Of a stretch of 64,000 nucleotides of DNA, positions 1-12,800 are shown piece by piece. The translations under genes were made by a program, and so were the position numbers. The DNA is taken from assembly GCF_000181795.1 (NCBI RefSeq), contig NW_003526947.1:321818-385817 (forward strand), given 5' to 3'. Within the stretch, counting starts at the first letter, position 1; each line of letters opens with the position of its first letter. The DNA comes from Trichinella spiralis. Lineage: Eukaryota. Under the pieces are notes generated by a model that was not told where the DNA came from, did not search any database, and worked only from the letters and a program-made list of their open reading frames with translations.

Positions 1-1804
1 ATAGTAAATCTTCAAATCTTCTATAGAAACCAGCCACTGTCCAAGTGGTCGACGGCGTCTCATCAAATTTCTTAGTCAATGTACGTCGACGGGCACAACA
101 CTTTCTGGTAAGTGAAGGTGAGAGTGTCGACTCTCGTTGCCACAGGATGTTCAAACTCTTCCTGATTCCTTGGAACCTCGATCCACTGTTCGCTCATCCG
201 GAAGACCTACTGCAATCTATCTGATGCTTCCTGTTTCGATGCAATTACCCTGCTTCGAGTCATGGACCACAAGGTTGCGAACGCAATGATGAGAAAATTC
301 TTCTTCAATTTTAGTAGACGGTATTTTCGATTCCCTCAAACGCCATTCTAACTGCTCATACGCGATTGTCTTCCTTGAACATCAAACGTGAATGAACAAA
401 ACCAGTTGATTGTTCACATCGTTCCTTTAAAAAAACTCAAACAGGTGGGCAAAAAAACGCAAACCAGGATTGTAACACTATTGATTGATCACTCGATGAA
501 AAAACAAGTGATACGCCCGTCACCAAAGAGAGCAACACACGTCACCACAAATCCACATATCTCATCAATGCGCTGTGAAGATAATCAGGTATCAGATACT
601 GTACGTGTTTACCACATATCTTTAATGTACCGAATTACAGTTTACATGAAAAATAATATAATAGAATTTTACAAATAAATAAACAATAATGAAGTCAGAA
701 ATGAATTATGTTAAATAATATAGTATACTTTAATCGTAGTACTGCTTTGACTTTACACACGTAATAAGAGTTATTCAATTAAATAGTACTACAAATATTA
801 ATAGCAAATGAATCATTATTTAAAACAATTTATGGTAAAGTGTTGTTTTGCTTCAAGCATATGGTTCGTGATATGCAATATCACAGAAATGCGTTGATCA
901 AACGATTGATATTAGAATTGTTTTTCTGAAGAGACAAAAACAGTAAAATTATTATTATCGATAAAATGTCATGAAAAAAAGATGCCATGCCGAATTGCAA
1001 GACTTTTTATTAAAGAGAAAAATTGATGCTTCAAAGTTACTTACTTATCACTTATTTGTACTATCACAGTGTATATAAAATTGTGTGAATTATCGAAAAA
1101 ATTTAGTTCTTATGTGAATGTAAATTTTTTTAGTCCATATTTCAGGAACAATGGCATTTTTGAAGAGCACTAATTTCATTTAATTTTTGTTGTAAACACG
1201 TACAGTATCCGATACCTGATTATCTTCACAGCGCATTGATGAGATATGTGGATTTGTGGTGACGTGTGTTGCTCTCTTTGGTGACGGGCGTATCACTTGT
1301 TTTTTCATCGAGTGATCAATCAATAGTGTTACAATCCTGGTTTGCGTTTTTTTGCCCACCTGTTTGAGTTTTTTTAAAGGAACGATGTGAACAATCAACT
1401 GGTTTTGTTCATTCACGTTTGATGTTCAAGGAAGACAATCGCGTATGAGCAGTTAGAATGGCGTTTGAGGGAATCGAAAATACCGTCTACTAAAATTGAA
1501 GAAGAATTTTCTCATCATTGCGTTCGCAACCTTGTGGTCCATGACTCGAAGCAGGGTAATTGCATCGAAACAGGAAGCATCAGATAGATTGCAGTAGGTC
1601 TTCCGGATGAGCGAACAGTGGATCGAGGTTCCAAGGAATCAGGAAGAGTTTGGAACATCCTGTGGCAACGAGAGTCGACACTCTCACCTTCACTTACCAG
1701 AAAGTGTTGTGCCGTCGACGTACATTGACTAAGAAATTTGATGAGACGCCGTCGACCACTTGGACAGTGGCTGGTTTCCATAGAAGATTTGGAAGATTTA
1801 CTAT
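1..1804. repeat. Long inverted repeat: arms 1-612 and 1192-1804, ~580-bp AT-rich spacer
   Basis: 1-612 is the near-exact reverse complement of 1192-1804; mirrored ORFs 388..678(+) and 1180..1416(-) give the same peptide. The left arm may extend beyond the window. Confidence 0.95.
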
Positions 1805-2572
1805 GGATCACTTTTCATCGGGCCTGTATTCAGGTTCACATGGAGGACAATGACATGATTGACGTGTACGTCTTCGCGGAGGCATCTGAGAAGGAATAAG
1901 AATGGATGGTCTACCTCCGTCTGGTTCTCAAGGATGATCGAACTGAGGTTTGTTTCATCGCGGCTGAATCAAGGCTGGCTCTGATAAAAGGTCTGAGCTT
2001 ACCACGGCTGGAACTCATGGCGGCTCTGGTGCGCTCACGGTTGATCATCTATGCGAAAAGGGAACTGGCGATGAGCATTCCACACAGTGACCGATGCTTT
2101 GAAAGCGCGTTTCCAATCAACAATGGCTAACGACGAACGACGGTGGAAGCTGTTCGTTGCCAACAGAGTAAAGGAGATTCATGATCTCCCCCAACTGTTG
2201 GAGACGCTGTACTATGAAAGACAATCCACCAGACTTGGTCAGCAGGGGCTACCCGTTGCACACGCTTCTTGCGTACATCGTGTGGTGGCCAGAGCTGGAC
2301 CTCAATGGCATTCTGGGCCAAGCAGAGACCGAAAGCCTCAGATGAACATCACTGCTGTCTATAATCACGTCGTTGAGGCGGAACATGGAGGACGTCATCG
2401 ACCCAACACGTTACAGCAACTTTGAGAAACTTCTGCGACTCATCATATTTGCCCATTTTAATCACAACGCGCCAGGCACCACCTGAGCTGCGGAAAACAG
2501 CACTGACTGACAGATGTGGAGTGATAGCCGCAGAGATAAAGTGGATAAAGCATGTGGCAGGGAGACCAAGGA
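1191..2572 (+). mobile_element. Degenerate BEL/Pao LTR retrotransposon fragment (Pao RNase H-like/peptidase A17 region)
   Basis: Translation VYVFAEASEKE*..VYLR..FIAAESRLALIKGLSLPRLELMAAL and RRWKLFVANRVKEI matches Pao pol motifs (FxDAS..VYLR..AKSRVAP..SLPRLEL, FVANRV), with stops and frameshifts. Begins TGTAAAC at 1191 and ends at a gap. Confidence 0.85.
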
Positions 2573-2587
2573 NNNNNNNNNNTCCAA

Positions 2588-2755
2588 GGGGAGGGGAGAT
2601 TGTGCGTTTTGTCTGCCCAACAGAGTGGGGGAGATTTTGCATTTTTCCTTGTCTACAGGGGAGGGGAGATTTGCGCTTTCCATGAAAAAATCGTGAGGGT
2701 GGGGGAGATTTCGCGTTTTCGTCGATTCAGCGGGGGGGAAGGTTGCTTTTTTTTG
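2588..2755. repeat. Diverged short tandem repeat with core GGGGAGATT(T)GC, 4-5 units of ~30-43 bp
   Basis: GGGGAGATT recurs at ~2593, 2628, 2663 and 2703, with a degenerate copy near 2735. It lies immediately after an N gap, so base quality may be low. Confidence 0.6.
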
Positions 2756-2778
2756 TGAATTTTTTTTAAAAAAGTTTT

Positions 2779-3075
2779 CGGTTGCGGTGGAGGCCTGCCT
2801 TTCGGTCAGCCCGACCGCCCCCGCGCCGCCCCCCGCCCTCCTGCCCCGGAGACCCCCACGGCATCATCGCCTCCTAGCCCACGTGCTGGCCTCACGATTT
2901 TGGCCGAGATGACCTTGGGTGGATCCATCTGATCCACCCTCGACGGACCAGATGGCCATTCTGATCCGCCGATGACGTAGCTTCCGCACCAGATGGCGTG
3001 CGCTGCCAGGCAAATGTGAATCGTTACGCCTACTAAGCCTTGCCGCCTCATGCACATCGAATTGCCGTCACACCT
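2779..3075 (-). ncRNA. Candidate structured non-coding element, copy A (~300 nt, unassigned family)
   Basis: GC-rich island with several stems, e.g. minus-strand TCGGCGGATCAGA/TCTGGTCCGTCGA with G-U pairs, GGGTGGATC/GATCCACCC and CC-GAAA-GG. Shares ordered blocks with 4146-4591 in inverted orientation. Confidence 0.45.
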
Positions 3076-4145
3076 GACACTCAATATTAATGTACTGTCC
3101 TGCAGAACCAACTCATGTTTGCATACTTACCGTATGATTTACAACTCATCATTATTGATTTAATGTATTATGCCTACTTATCTTTTCAAATAAAACTGAC
3201 AACGGTAAGTTGCTGTTTTTTGCATTCCATTTAAAGCATTCTAATTAACTATTAAAAAACCCTGCTGAAATGTGTAGTTACGAGTGATGTTATTATACCT
3301 AATTAGAAAATATTATAACCCACTTTTGTGTTTACATTGTATGTTAATCATTTATTAAAAAACTATCACTGCTGAAATATGTTGTTACGAGTGACGTTAT
3401 TTAACCTAATTAAAAATTAAAATACTCAGTGTTGCATTTACGTTGCATTTTAAACTTTCTAATTAGCATATTAAAATTATCTCATATTTAATGCATTGTT
3501 TTCCTAAATGTTACGGATTAATAACATTCTATTTATAGAAGATTACTTCCTATTTATAAAAAGATTAATCTCGTTGCACCTTGCCTAAGCTAATTGTTTA
3601 ATTCATTTATACCAAGTTTACTTTTGCCATTGCCTATTTAAAGGAGACCCTGATTAACATTTTCATAAGTAAAAAATTTATATTCAAACAAAAGCTAATT
3701 CACCAATAATCAATTAATAAATAAAATTATGCCCATTTAATGTTTATTATATTACATCCCTTTAACTGTTTACATTAGACTGTTTTAAAGTAGAAATCTA
3801 CTTTGACATTACATTGTTTAAAATAAACAACTGCTTTACACTAAAAAAATACTATTATCAGTATAAAATTAATGAATAATTAAAATCTTTTATAAGATGA
3901 AATGCAAATGAAAAATTGATAAACTTTTATGAAATTTAACAATTATTGAATTTGCCCAATTATTAGATGAATGACCATAATATTTTATTTATCATTTAAG
4001 TTCCTAAATGAATAAATTAATATATAAAATGCTAGCAAATTTAAACTATTTAGCATGATTATAAGGGGAAACTCTCGATGAAGATTAATTTCAAATGTAC
4101 TATGCCTAAACTGATGAAAGGTGCAACGCCAAATGAACTAGTTAA

Positions 4146-4591
4146 AGGTGTGACGGCAAATCTGATGTCAATCATTGGCCAAGTGTCAGAGCCGGCGTAA
4201 CAATAACACAAACGCATAGCGACGCTTACCGTTCCTCTTGGGGAGTAACGATCACCACTAGATTGGCACCGAAACAGAGTCTCGGCACTACGTCAATTGC
4301 GAATTTGCATAACTGCCTCTAGGACAGATACGTCTTACGAATTCACATAGATGTTGAAATCCCATTACACAAGATTTCAAACAACGTCCATTATCACACA
4401 AATGGACAGGGCCATCTCTTTAAAACCGGTCTCTGGCCAGCACGGGACTAGGAGGCTCCGCCATGGGAAGTCCCCGTTAACGGGCAGGAGGGCGGGGGGC
4501 GGCGCGGGGGCGGTCGGGCTGAAAAAAAACCTTGCTTGAGATCCCATTGCTGGGATCCGAGCAAGGCGGCAGGCCTCTGGTACCGCAACCG
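4146..4591 (+). ncRNA. Candidate structured non-coding element, copy B (~450 nt, unassigned family)
   Basis: Same ordered blocks as copy A (AGGTGTGACGGCAA, GTAACGAT, TGGCA, CTACGTCA, CATCTC, GGCCAGCACG, CTAGGAGGC, identical 41-mer 4482-4522, CAGGCCTC, ACCGCAACCG) separated by different hairpins, e.g. 4530-4566. Confidence 0.45.
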
Positions 4592-7521
4592 GGAGAGGAA
4601 GAGGTGAGCTTTGAAAATATGGACTTTCATCATTTGATACGGTTAGGGTCGCGTCGTGCAGTGTAACCCGTCGAACTCCTGCACACCACCCTATCTCACA
4701 TTCCTCCTATCCTTGCACTGCTATTCTCAAACATTTACTTATTCTAATACTCAAACTATAGCAGTGCTACAAACTCACTATGCTCAAAAATTGTCCTTTG
4801 AAATGATCGACAAATTATTCAACCATTTCACTTTCCGCAAATGAACCCTAAACTCAACTCGAAAGGCATGGGACATGAAAACGTTCAAATGCGGAAAGCC
4901 ACTCAAATTAATTATAATAATNNNNNNNNNNTTTCTGCTAGCTCAAAAAGTCAAGTTAGCGGGCATTCGGTAAATAGGAAGTAAATTTCAATCGCCCCAA
5001 TTGCATAAAAGACAGACACTGCGCACGTAGCGTTAAACACCCGGCTTACGTAAGTTGGGATATGCTTCTGTAATATGAATTAGAGCATAATGTCAACAAA
5101 AAATGAACACACTGATTGCGGTATAAGCTATGCATAATTAACTATATGAAAATTTTGATTTATCTAATGTCTTCATGGTGCAAAATTTAGAAAAAAATAT
5201 GGTGATAACAAAATTTAATTGAAAATGATTTCTGTATAATAACGGTATTTTTCTGCCCTGCATAATAGAGAACACTATACGCTTAGTGATATTCGACCTG
5301 CTAATAAAAGAATGAAATTGAATGCCATAAGAAAGTGTAAATTGAAAATTTTACCGTCTTCTTTAGTTAAATTTAGACGATTACACAAAACTACAAATTG
5401 AAATAAGGATTTGTTCAAGACCTTCAACATTCAACTACATGTAATTAAGAATTCCGCTTTAAAAGTATTTCAAGTTTTACGCATCTTTAAATTGAAAATT
5501 GCCTAAATACTTAAATATACATGCATTCATAAGAAAACATCAGGAAAGTAAGTTTCGGTATTAAATTTTCACCTGAATGTAGCATTTTCCACTTGCACCT
5601 TGGTTAAGCACCGCCACCGCTTATCGAACAGCATTGTAATAAAATAATAACTATGGATACAACATTTGCATTTCTCTCATTTGTTTATTACATAGTAACC
5701 TTCTTATCATTAATTTGGNNNNNNNNNNCCTTGCTTGGAGATCCCATTGCTGGGATCCGAGCAAGGCGGCAGGCCTCTGGTACCGCAACCGGGAGAGGAA
5801 GAGGTGAGCTTTGAAAATATGGACTTTCATCATTTGATACGGTTAGGGTCGCGTCGTGCAGTGTAACCCGTCGAACTCCTGCACACCACCCTATCTCACA
5901 TTCCTCCTATCCTTGCACTGCTATTCTCAAACATTTACTTATTCTAATACTCAAACTATAGCAGTGCTACAAACTCACTATGCTCAAAAATTGTCCTTTG
6001 AAATGATCGACAAATTATTCAACCATTTCACTTTCCGCAAATGAACCCTAAACTCAACTCGAAAGGCATGGGACATGAAAACGTTCAAATGCGGAAAGCC
6101 ACTCAAATTAATTATAATAATACTCATGATCTACATCCAGTTACTCTAATTAACAAATATCTGATTTAAATGCTCGATAACTTACAGCTCGAATTTATAT
6201 AAATTAGAGACTCAAGAACTCCTCAGTGAAGTTTAACTAATTAGCCTAACTCAAAGAATTATACTTACCAAACTTACCCTTGTCTTCGAGATGTCTTCTT
6301 TTATCTTCTGTTATTCTGTATCTAAATATAGAAGAATTAATTTAATGAAATAATGTTATAATAAATAAAAAACAAAGCCGTTTTTATTGCTCTTCTTCGT
6401 CTTTCATCGCATTGAAACGCCATAGTTCATTCGCCGCACACCGTTCGCCTACAATCATTTGAAATGAGTTTCTAGAGCAACTAATAGTAGCCTCAGGAAA
6501 ATTTACATAAAGTTCATTTCTACTGATTAGCAAGTATGAAGCGTATTTCATTTCGTTGAACAAATATTATGCAGGCCACGCATAAGCTCAAAAGCAAACA
6601 AATTGTAATTGTATGGAAATTTCAGATGAAGCTGCACCACGCCTTTGTTTGAAAAGATAAGATTCTTCTGTATCTAATAACATACCTTACTCAGTAGTTA
6701 AAGTACAAATAGATTGAGCAAATATTGTTCAAGGTTTCTGCTAGTCAACAAAGTCAATTTAGCTGGCACTCTGCTAATATGAAGTTAATTTTCAAATCGC
6801 CCAATTTGCATAAAAGACAGACACTGCGCACGTAGCGTTAAACACCGGCTTACGTAAGTTGGATATGCTTCTGTAATATGAATTAGAGCATAATGTCAAC
6901 AAAAAATGAACACACTGATTGCGCTATAAGCTATGCATAATTAACTATATGAAAATTTTGATTTATCTAATGTCTTCATGGTGCAAAATTTAGAAAAAAA
7001 TATGGTGATAACAAAATTTAATTGAAAATGATTTCTGTATAATAACGGTATTTTTCTGCCCTGCATAATAGAGAACACTATACGCTTAGTGATATTCGAC
7101 CTGCTAATAAAAGAATGAAATTGAATGCCATAAGAAAGTGTAAATTGAAAATTTTACCGTCTTCTTTAGTTAAATTTAGACGATTACACAAAACTACAAA
7201 TTGAAATAAGGATTTGTTCAAGACCTTCAACATTCAACTACATGTAATTAAGAATTCCGCTTTAAAAGTATTTCAAGTTTTACGCATCTTTAAATTGAAA
7301 ATTGCCTAAATACTTAAATATACATGCATTCATAGGAAAACATCAGGAAAGTAAGTTTCGGTATTAAATTTTCACCTGAATGTAGCATTTTCCACTTGCA
7401 CCTTGGTTAAGCACCGCCACCGCTTATCGAACAGCATTGTAATAAAATAATAACTATGGATACAACATTTGCATTTCTCTCATTTGTTTATTACATAGTA
7501 ACCTTCTTATCATTAATTTGG
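4530..7521. repeat. Gap-flanking direct duplications: 4530-4921 = 5729-6121 and ~4932-5718 = ~6735-7521 (probable assembly overlaps)
   Basis: Near-identical copies end exactly at N gaps 4922-4931 and 5719-5728; differences concentrate near the gap edges. Confidence 0.85.
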
Positions 7522-8769
7522 CAATTTAAATATTGCATATTACTGTATTTCCAATTATTAATTATCTTTTCGTGATTTTTTTGGAAATATACTATAACTT
7601 CATATTAAAAGATGCTTTTACTTTTCCTCATTTTATCGGCTTCATTTCTTTTTTATGCTCTGTATTCTGTGCTCATGCAAGATAATACTATCTGCTGGAA
7701 TTACGACATTCATGTGAAATGAGACTTGTATTTATTTCATGGACAACATTGAAGCTGTGGTGCAGCCATGCCGGCTATAATCAGGTAGATTAATACTTGC
7801 AGATTTTCATATACTATTAATTTATTGCTTTGTGATTCATGCCTGAATTTCAGATATATTTTAATGTCGTTTGTGATTTTTGCCTTTTGTGCAAATTTTG
7901 CGCAGAACGAGACGTCTGATAATTTTCTGCTAAGCTTCACATTCCCGCGTAGGTCCAACAAAAACATCAACCTGATTAACAGATACAATTTTCCATTAGC
8001 CACCACAAATGCACTTCTTTTCCACGGCTTCCCTATTTTGCACCTATTTTTCATAAAAAAACTCTGCCTACTTTATCATACGCAAATTTTTGTGTCCCAC
8101 ATCGGAATGGCTGCCACTATGACACGATTTTTTCATGCAGCCTGCCCGTCTGATTTCTTTATAAATCCTACAGTGACACTAAAAGTCTGTATTCCACATT
8201 CCCCTCCTTAAACCTCCATTTCAGATGCCACATCCGTTACTGACCCACCACCCCTACTTTATCATCCGTCATAGCCTCTCACTCAGTCGATTTTTTTATA
8301 AAATTGATGCAGGAAATGTTACTCATAGCTGCTTTCTTCGATTTCCTGATTCTTACACAACCTGCTCTCATAAGAATCTGAATATGCTGGAAATTGGACG
8401 ATCAGTACTATTAATTATGTTGAAGTTGCCGCAAGATAGAATGTCTTGTCTTGTAAAATCTTATGCGGTCGAATTACTTTTTACCAGCATTAAATTAATT
8501 ATGGAGTAGAAATGAAACCGAAAGTTTATATTTATAGTTTTCTGAAAATAAATTGTCTTCATTTAATGTAAAATATACAGAGGCGCTTAATTTATAAAGA
8601 GGGGCGGGTGTAGTATACAAAAAGATTTTCAGGTACATGTATTATTATACATGACAGACTAACGAGAAACAAAATAGTGCCGTTTTTTCATTTAAACAAA
8701 ATTGGAATCTCAAACACGTCACAAAATAACTTTGAAATTAATGATTTTATTTGTATTTCAAATGAATGA

Positions 8770-9075
8770 CACGTTTCAGTTCCGTTTGAAACTGAACTTT
8801 TCTATTACCAGGTCAATATCAATGGAAAAGTCAGAATGAATGTACACATTACGGCAAGTCCGTACAGTCGTTTTTCTGTCATGATAATCCTGAAAAAGCT
8901 TTTTAGATGCTTCACTGCAGTAAAACTTTGTTCTGCGCTGGCTCAGTCGATTGGGTGAGTGAAGAAAATCTGTAAGAGTAAGGACATGATCGGGTAATAA
9001 TCATTTGGGCGCAATGCAAGAACATCAAGCGAATTAGCTGGATAATGTTAAAGATGCACGTTTTCCCATTTTCTT
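8770..9075 (-). pseudogene. hAT transposase C-terminal dimerization-domain remnant
   Basis: Manual minus-strand translation YYPIMSLLLQIFFTHPID*ASAEQSFTAVKHLKSFFRIIMTEK/RLYGLAVM..HSDFSIDIDLVIEKF fits the hAT dimerization consensus (P....ASAERSFS.LK..K..LR..M...RL..LA), with stops and frameshifts. Confidence 0.75.
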
Positions 9076-9441
9076 TTCAGCGTGTAATTTCACACTTGAG
9101 TAGATTGCCTTGGTCATCGATATATCTTTACCAGGTCACCCAAAATGATCAAAATCGAGGAATTAGGGCACTTAATCGCATGGCATTACTGCGGTGTTAA
9201 AGAACTTCGTATACCATTATATGTGTTGGGTAACGGTATACCATTATTTATTTACATGGGAGTTGTGATGTTAAGCCTAACACTTCCAAATAAAAGAAGA
9301 TCAGCAGGTTTATTACGTCAATTTTGTTGAATTTTTCAGCTATAAGAGACATAAAATTTATTTCGAATAATGAAATTTTAATCAAAATACATAAAAATAA
9401 ATAAATAATAGATACTGAAATCAAAATAAATGTGCAATATC

Positions 9442-9874
9442 GATTTCCTGCTCAACACTTTTCCATATGTTTATGTTAAAACTATAGAAATGGCTTAGAA
9501 AAACGTAGACTTTTCAGAACCAAAAAAAGACTATAAAGCTGCGCTTGGTATCAAAATGTGAAAAATAACGTGCTCTACTCAAGTCTGTTTGTTTCACTCT
9601 CAATTTGTTTCTCAATTTGTTTCACGAATTTCACAAAACTAAGTCCACACTAAGAAAAAACTGAAAAAAGACGATTTTTTAACGAAAATTGTCGCACTTT
9701 TTGCCAATAAAAGGCTTCAAAATTAATAAAATTGGGAATGCATTGATACCATCATGTACAGAATTCTTTGAGCTATCAAATAAAATAAATTTAATAAAAA
9801 TTTAACATACTTCCAGCTTTTTACACGTGTTTTTATAAAGTAGGGTGGGCTCCACCCAACAATCCATCAAAGGG
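9442..9874. mobile_element. piggyBac-like MITE, partial copy of the family at 37386-38055
   Basis: Aligns with the 37452-37860 interior and ends CCAACAATCCATCAAAGGG followed by TTAA (9875-9878). Confidence 0.7.
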
Positions 9875-12800
9875 TTAAGCATGTACAAAATGATGAATGG
9901 CTGTCATATGCAGATTCAAGTAATGGTTATATTGATGTGGTACATGTGTGTCTGCAGCATCTATAAGAAACAAAAGTAATATAGGGATAGGAATATTTCA
10001 ATGTTAGTAATAATAGCGGAAAAACCAAATTCATTAGTCGTATTGCGTAAAACAAGCATAGAATATCTGCACATTGTCAAATATCATTTACCTGTTAATT
10101 ATAGACGATATGCATGAGTGTCATTACATTTGCGCACCTCCTCTTGTGGCGACCAACAAAGTAACAGATCACAAACGTGGAATTCTGCAATATTGTATGA
10201 TAGTAAGTTCGGTTTGAGAAAACAACCTAATTCTTGATGAGTAAGAGCGTAATAGCATAAATTAAAAGTGATCTTTTATTAATTTGTTTGCTAAAATGAA
10301 AGCACTTTTGCTTAAAGACATGTAAGGTGATGAACAATGCAAATAGTATGAAAATTCATTTCATCAAGTTCATTTAGCATATTAAAATCTACAATTAGTT
10401 GTGAAAAAATTGAAATTGCTATTCTTAATACTGACTGCACGTCATGCAAAACATTATACATTACCATCAAATATTTAGGCGGGGAATAGCTTTATAAGAA
10501 AAGAGGAAAATCTAGTTAAGGAATAGACAATGCAATTTTATTACATACATTCTCTAAATGATCTCTAAAAGGAATTCCATTTTTCATTCTCATTACTGGA
10601 AATTATTAATCCAAGCATAGAATGAATGTCAGTAACAGAAAATAGAAATCTGCTAGTTTTCAGCTGGGCTATTGTTGATGTTCTACAATCATAAAATATG
10701 AAGCATAACTTATGTTTGAGTCTTAAATGATTTAAGTGATTACAATTGAAAACGCTGCTTGACTGATGGCCATATCACACTACTATAATGAATTGCTAAC
10801 CACAAAGAGCACATTGTGAAGAGTTGTACAAGAGTAAGGGTACAATATGAATAGCATATCACATTGACTGTGGTGTAGTAACAGCGTAATAGCCTAATAG
10901 TAATGGAAAACTCGAGGCAAGAACGATCTGAATTATTCTTGACCGTTTCTCAAATGCCCATTATTTTGTGTAAGACTGTTTTCAAGGCATTGCTAAAATT
11001 GTTTCAAATGAATTCAGTGTAATAATTCATTCGACGGATTTCAGACCATTTATTCAATTACTTTGATGTGTTTTCAGAATTTATTCCTCCCGGGAACAGC
11101 TGCATTAAAAGTCCGTCTCCAGCAAGAAGAGCACTGAAGCATTCAACAAAATAAATCTACATTCATATATGCACATGTTAGGTATTAATGAAGATTGAAA
11201 ATAATAGTAATGACGATACTGAGCATTCAACAACACGAATTGATTGTTTACCCAACGCAGGAGGCACTTAGAATGCATACCTTTTAGGCACTCAAGTATT
11301 AATGAATATTAACAACAATTCTGGGATGAATTTATTTAGGTTTATTGCAAATAAAATAATATTGTAATTAAAAGTGAAAGAATTTACCACTTCAATGGCA
11401 CTGCGATCAATTCTGAGGCAACAAGTTTGTAAACAGTTAGAATTGTACAGAAAGGAAAGAAGCCTGCATTTCCAAGATAGAAAATATTGCACAAAAGTAT
11501 CCTGTTTCAGAAAATACCATGTTTTAATGTGGAAAAATGTTTAAATTACATAACATCCTCGATCATAGTTAAATTTCAAAAAATATCAAACCTAGAAATG
11601 TGCCAACGCTATAGGCCATTTATTCTGAAACTGCTCGGTAATCATTGCTTAAATGCTGCACGGTACGCTAAGATAAAATAAATTTAATGAAGTGAAAAAG
11701 TTGAAGTTCGACAATCAGAAGAAACATCAGAGAAGAAACTCCGCAAGTTACAGAACCATTACTAAAACGGTGAAGAAGTCTCAGTAACTCACCATAAGAA
11801 AGAAGCTAAGCAGAGGAGGTCAATGAAACTGCACATGAAAAATTGGTATCGGTACTATGGATAAACTGTTGCGCAAAATGTGGGATAATGGATTGGTCAG
11901 TGGCAGGGCTCACCAATTATTCAGTAACTTTCTCATAGATTGCATAGTACATTCATCTTTCACTATATTGTTCGCACTCCATTCGTGATTAACAGATTGT
12001 TTAATGTGAATCATATATGAACGGAACGGAAGCCAAGGAACGAAAGATCACTTACCTTGAAATTGAAGATGGTATTGAGGAGAAGTGCTGAGTGCGCTTC
12101 GTGATTAGTGCTCTACACACTGAAACACTGAATAATTATGAGGATTACATTCTTCAATTTTATTCAGGGTCAAGTGGAAAAATTTTGAATATGACATCGC
12201 CGTAACTGAAATCACTGCATGATTAGTCCTAATAGCGTAATGACATCATCACAATCGAAACAGTTACTAATTATAAAAGTTATTGGGATTTTATTCAACT
12301 CTGATGTAATATTATACAATGTAGATCAATATATTTTCAGCTGTTGATTTGAAAAGTTGTTGTTCTTCATAAATTGAAATGAAAGAAAAGGGATATAACG
12401 TAAAAGGAAGAAAATTAGATAACTCAAACAAAAAAATATTGTATCACGCAACGCATTTTGAATGGATACTTTACTCAAATGTCAAAAATGTTACGTATAC
12501 TGAAAATCATGCATCTTGGTTCCGCTTCGAGGAAGTTGCAGATGGGCAACTTTCCTATGAATAAAGATAGACAAGGCGCCAAGTTTACTGCCCATTTATT
12601 CCAAATCTAATGGGCAGTTGCTGAAGAAACAATAAATAACACCATCATTTATCAATGTGACATCATCTGAACAACAGAAAGAAAGTTTTCAACTTTTCGC
12701 TGTAAAACAGCAAACGCTGTAATAGCCAAAGACATTTACGAAAGGGTCGATAAAACGATTTCATTTCAAAATGAGATGAAACGATCGGGAAAATTAGAAA

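Noticed and set aside
388..1416. Mirrored 96-aa and 78-aa ORFs
   Set aside because: They arise from the inverted repeat of non-coding retroelement end sequence; no protein features.
2588..2755. CRISPR-like repeat/spacer appearance
   Set aside because: Repeats are short, degenerate and unevenly spaced; eukaryotic context and no cas genes.
4464..4478. GGGAAGTCCCCG resembling RNase MRP CR-I
   Set aside because: Not conserved in copy A (GGGGGTCTCCGG), and no matching CR-V partner found.
4530..7521. Apparent tandem duplications, including a third partial copy of the structured element's 3' end at 5729
   Set aside because: Copies end exactly at 10-N gaps and differ mainly by edge errors, so they are most likely unmerged contig overlaps.
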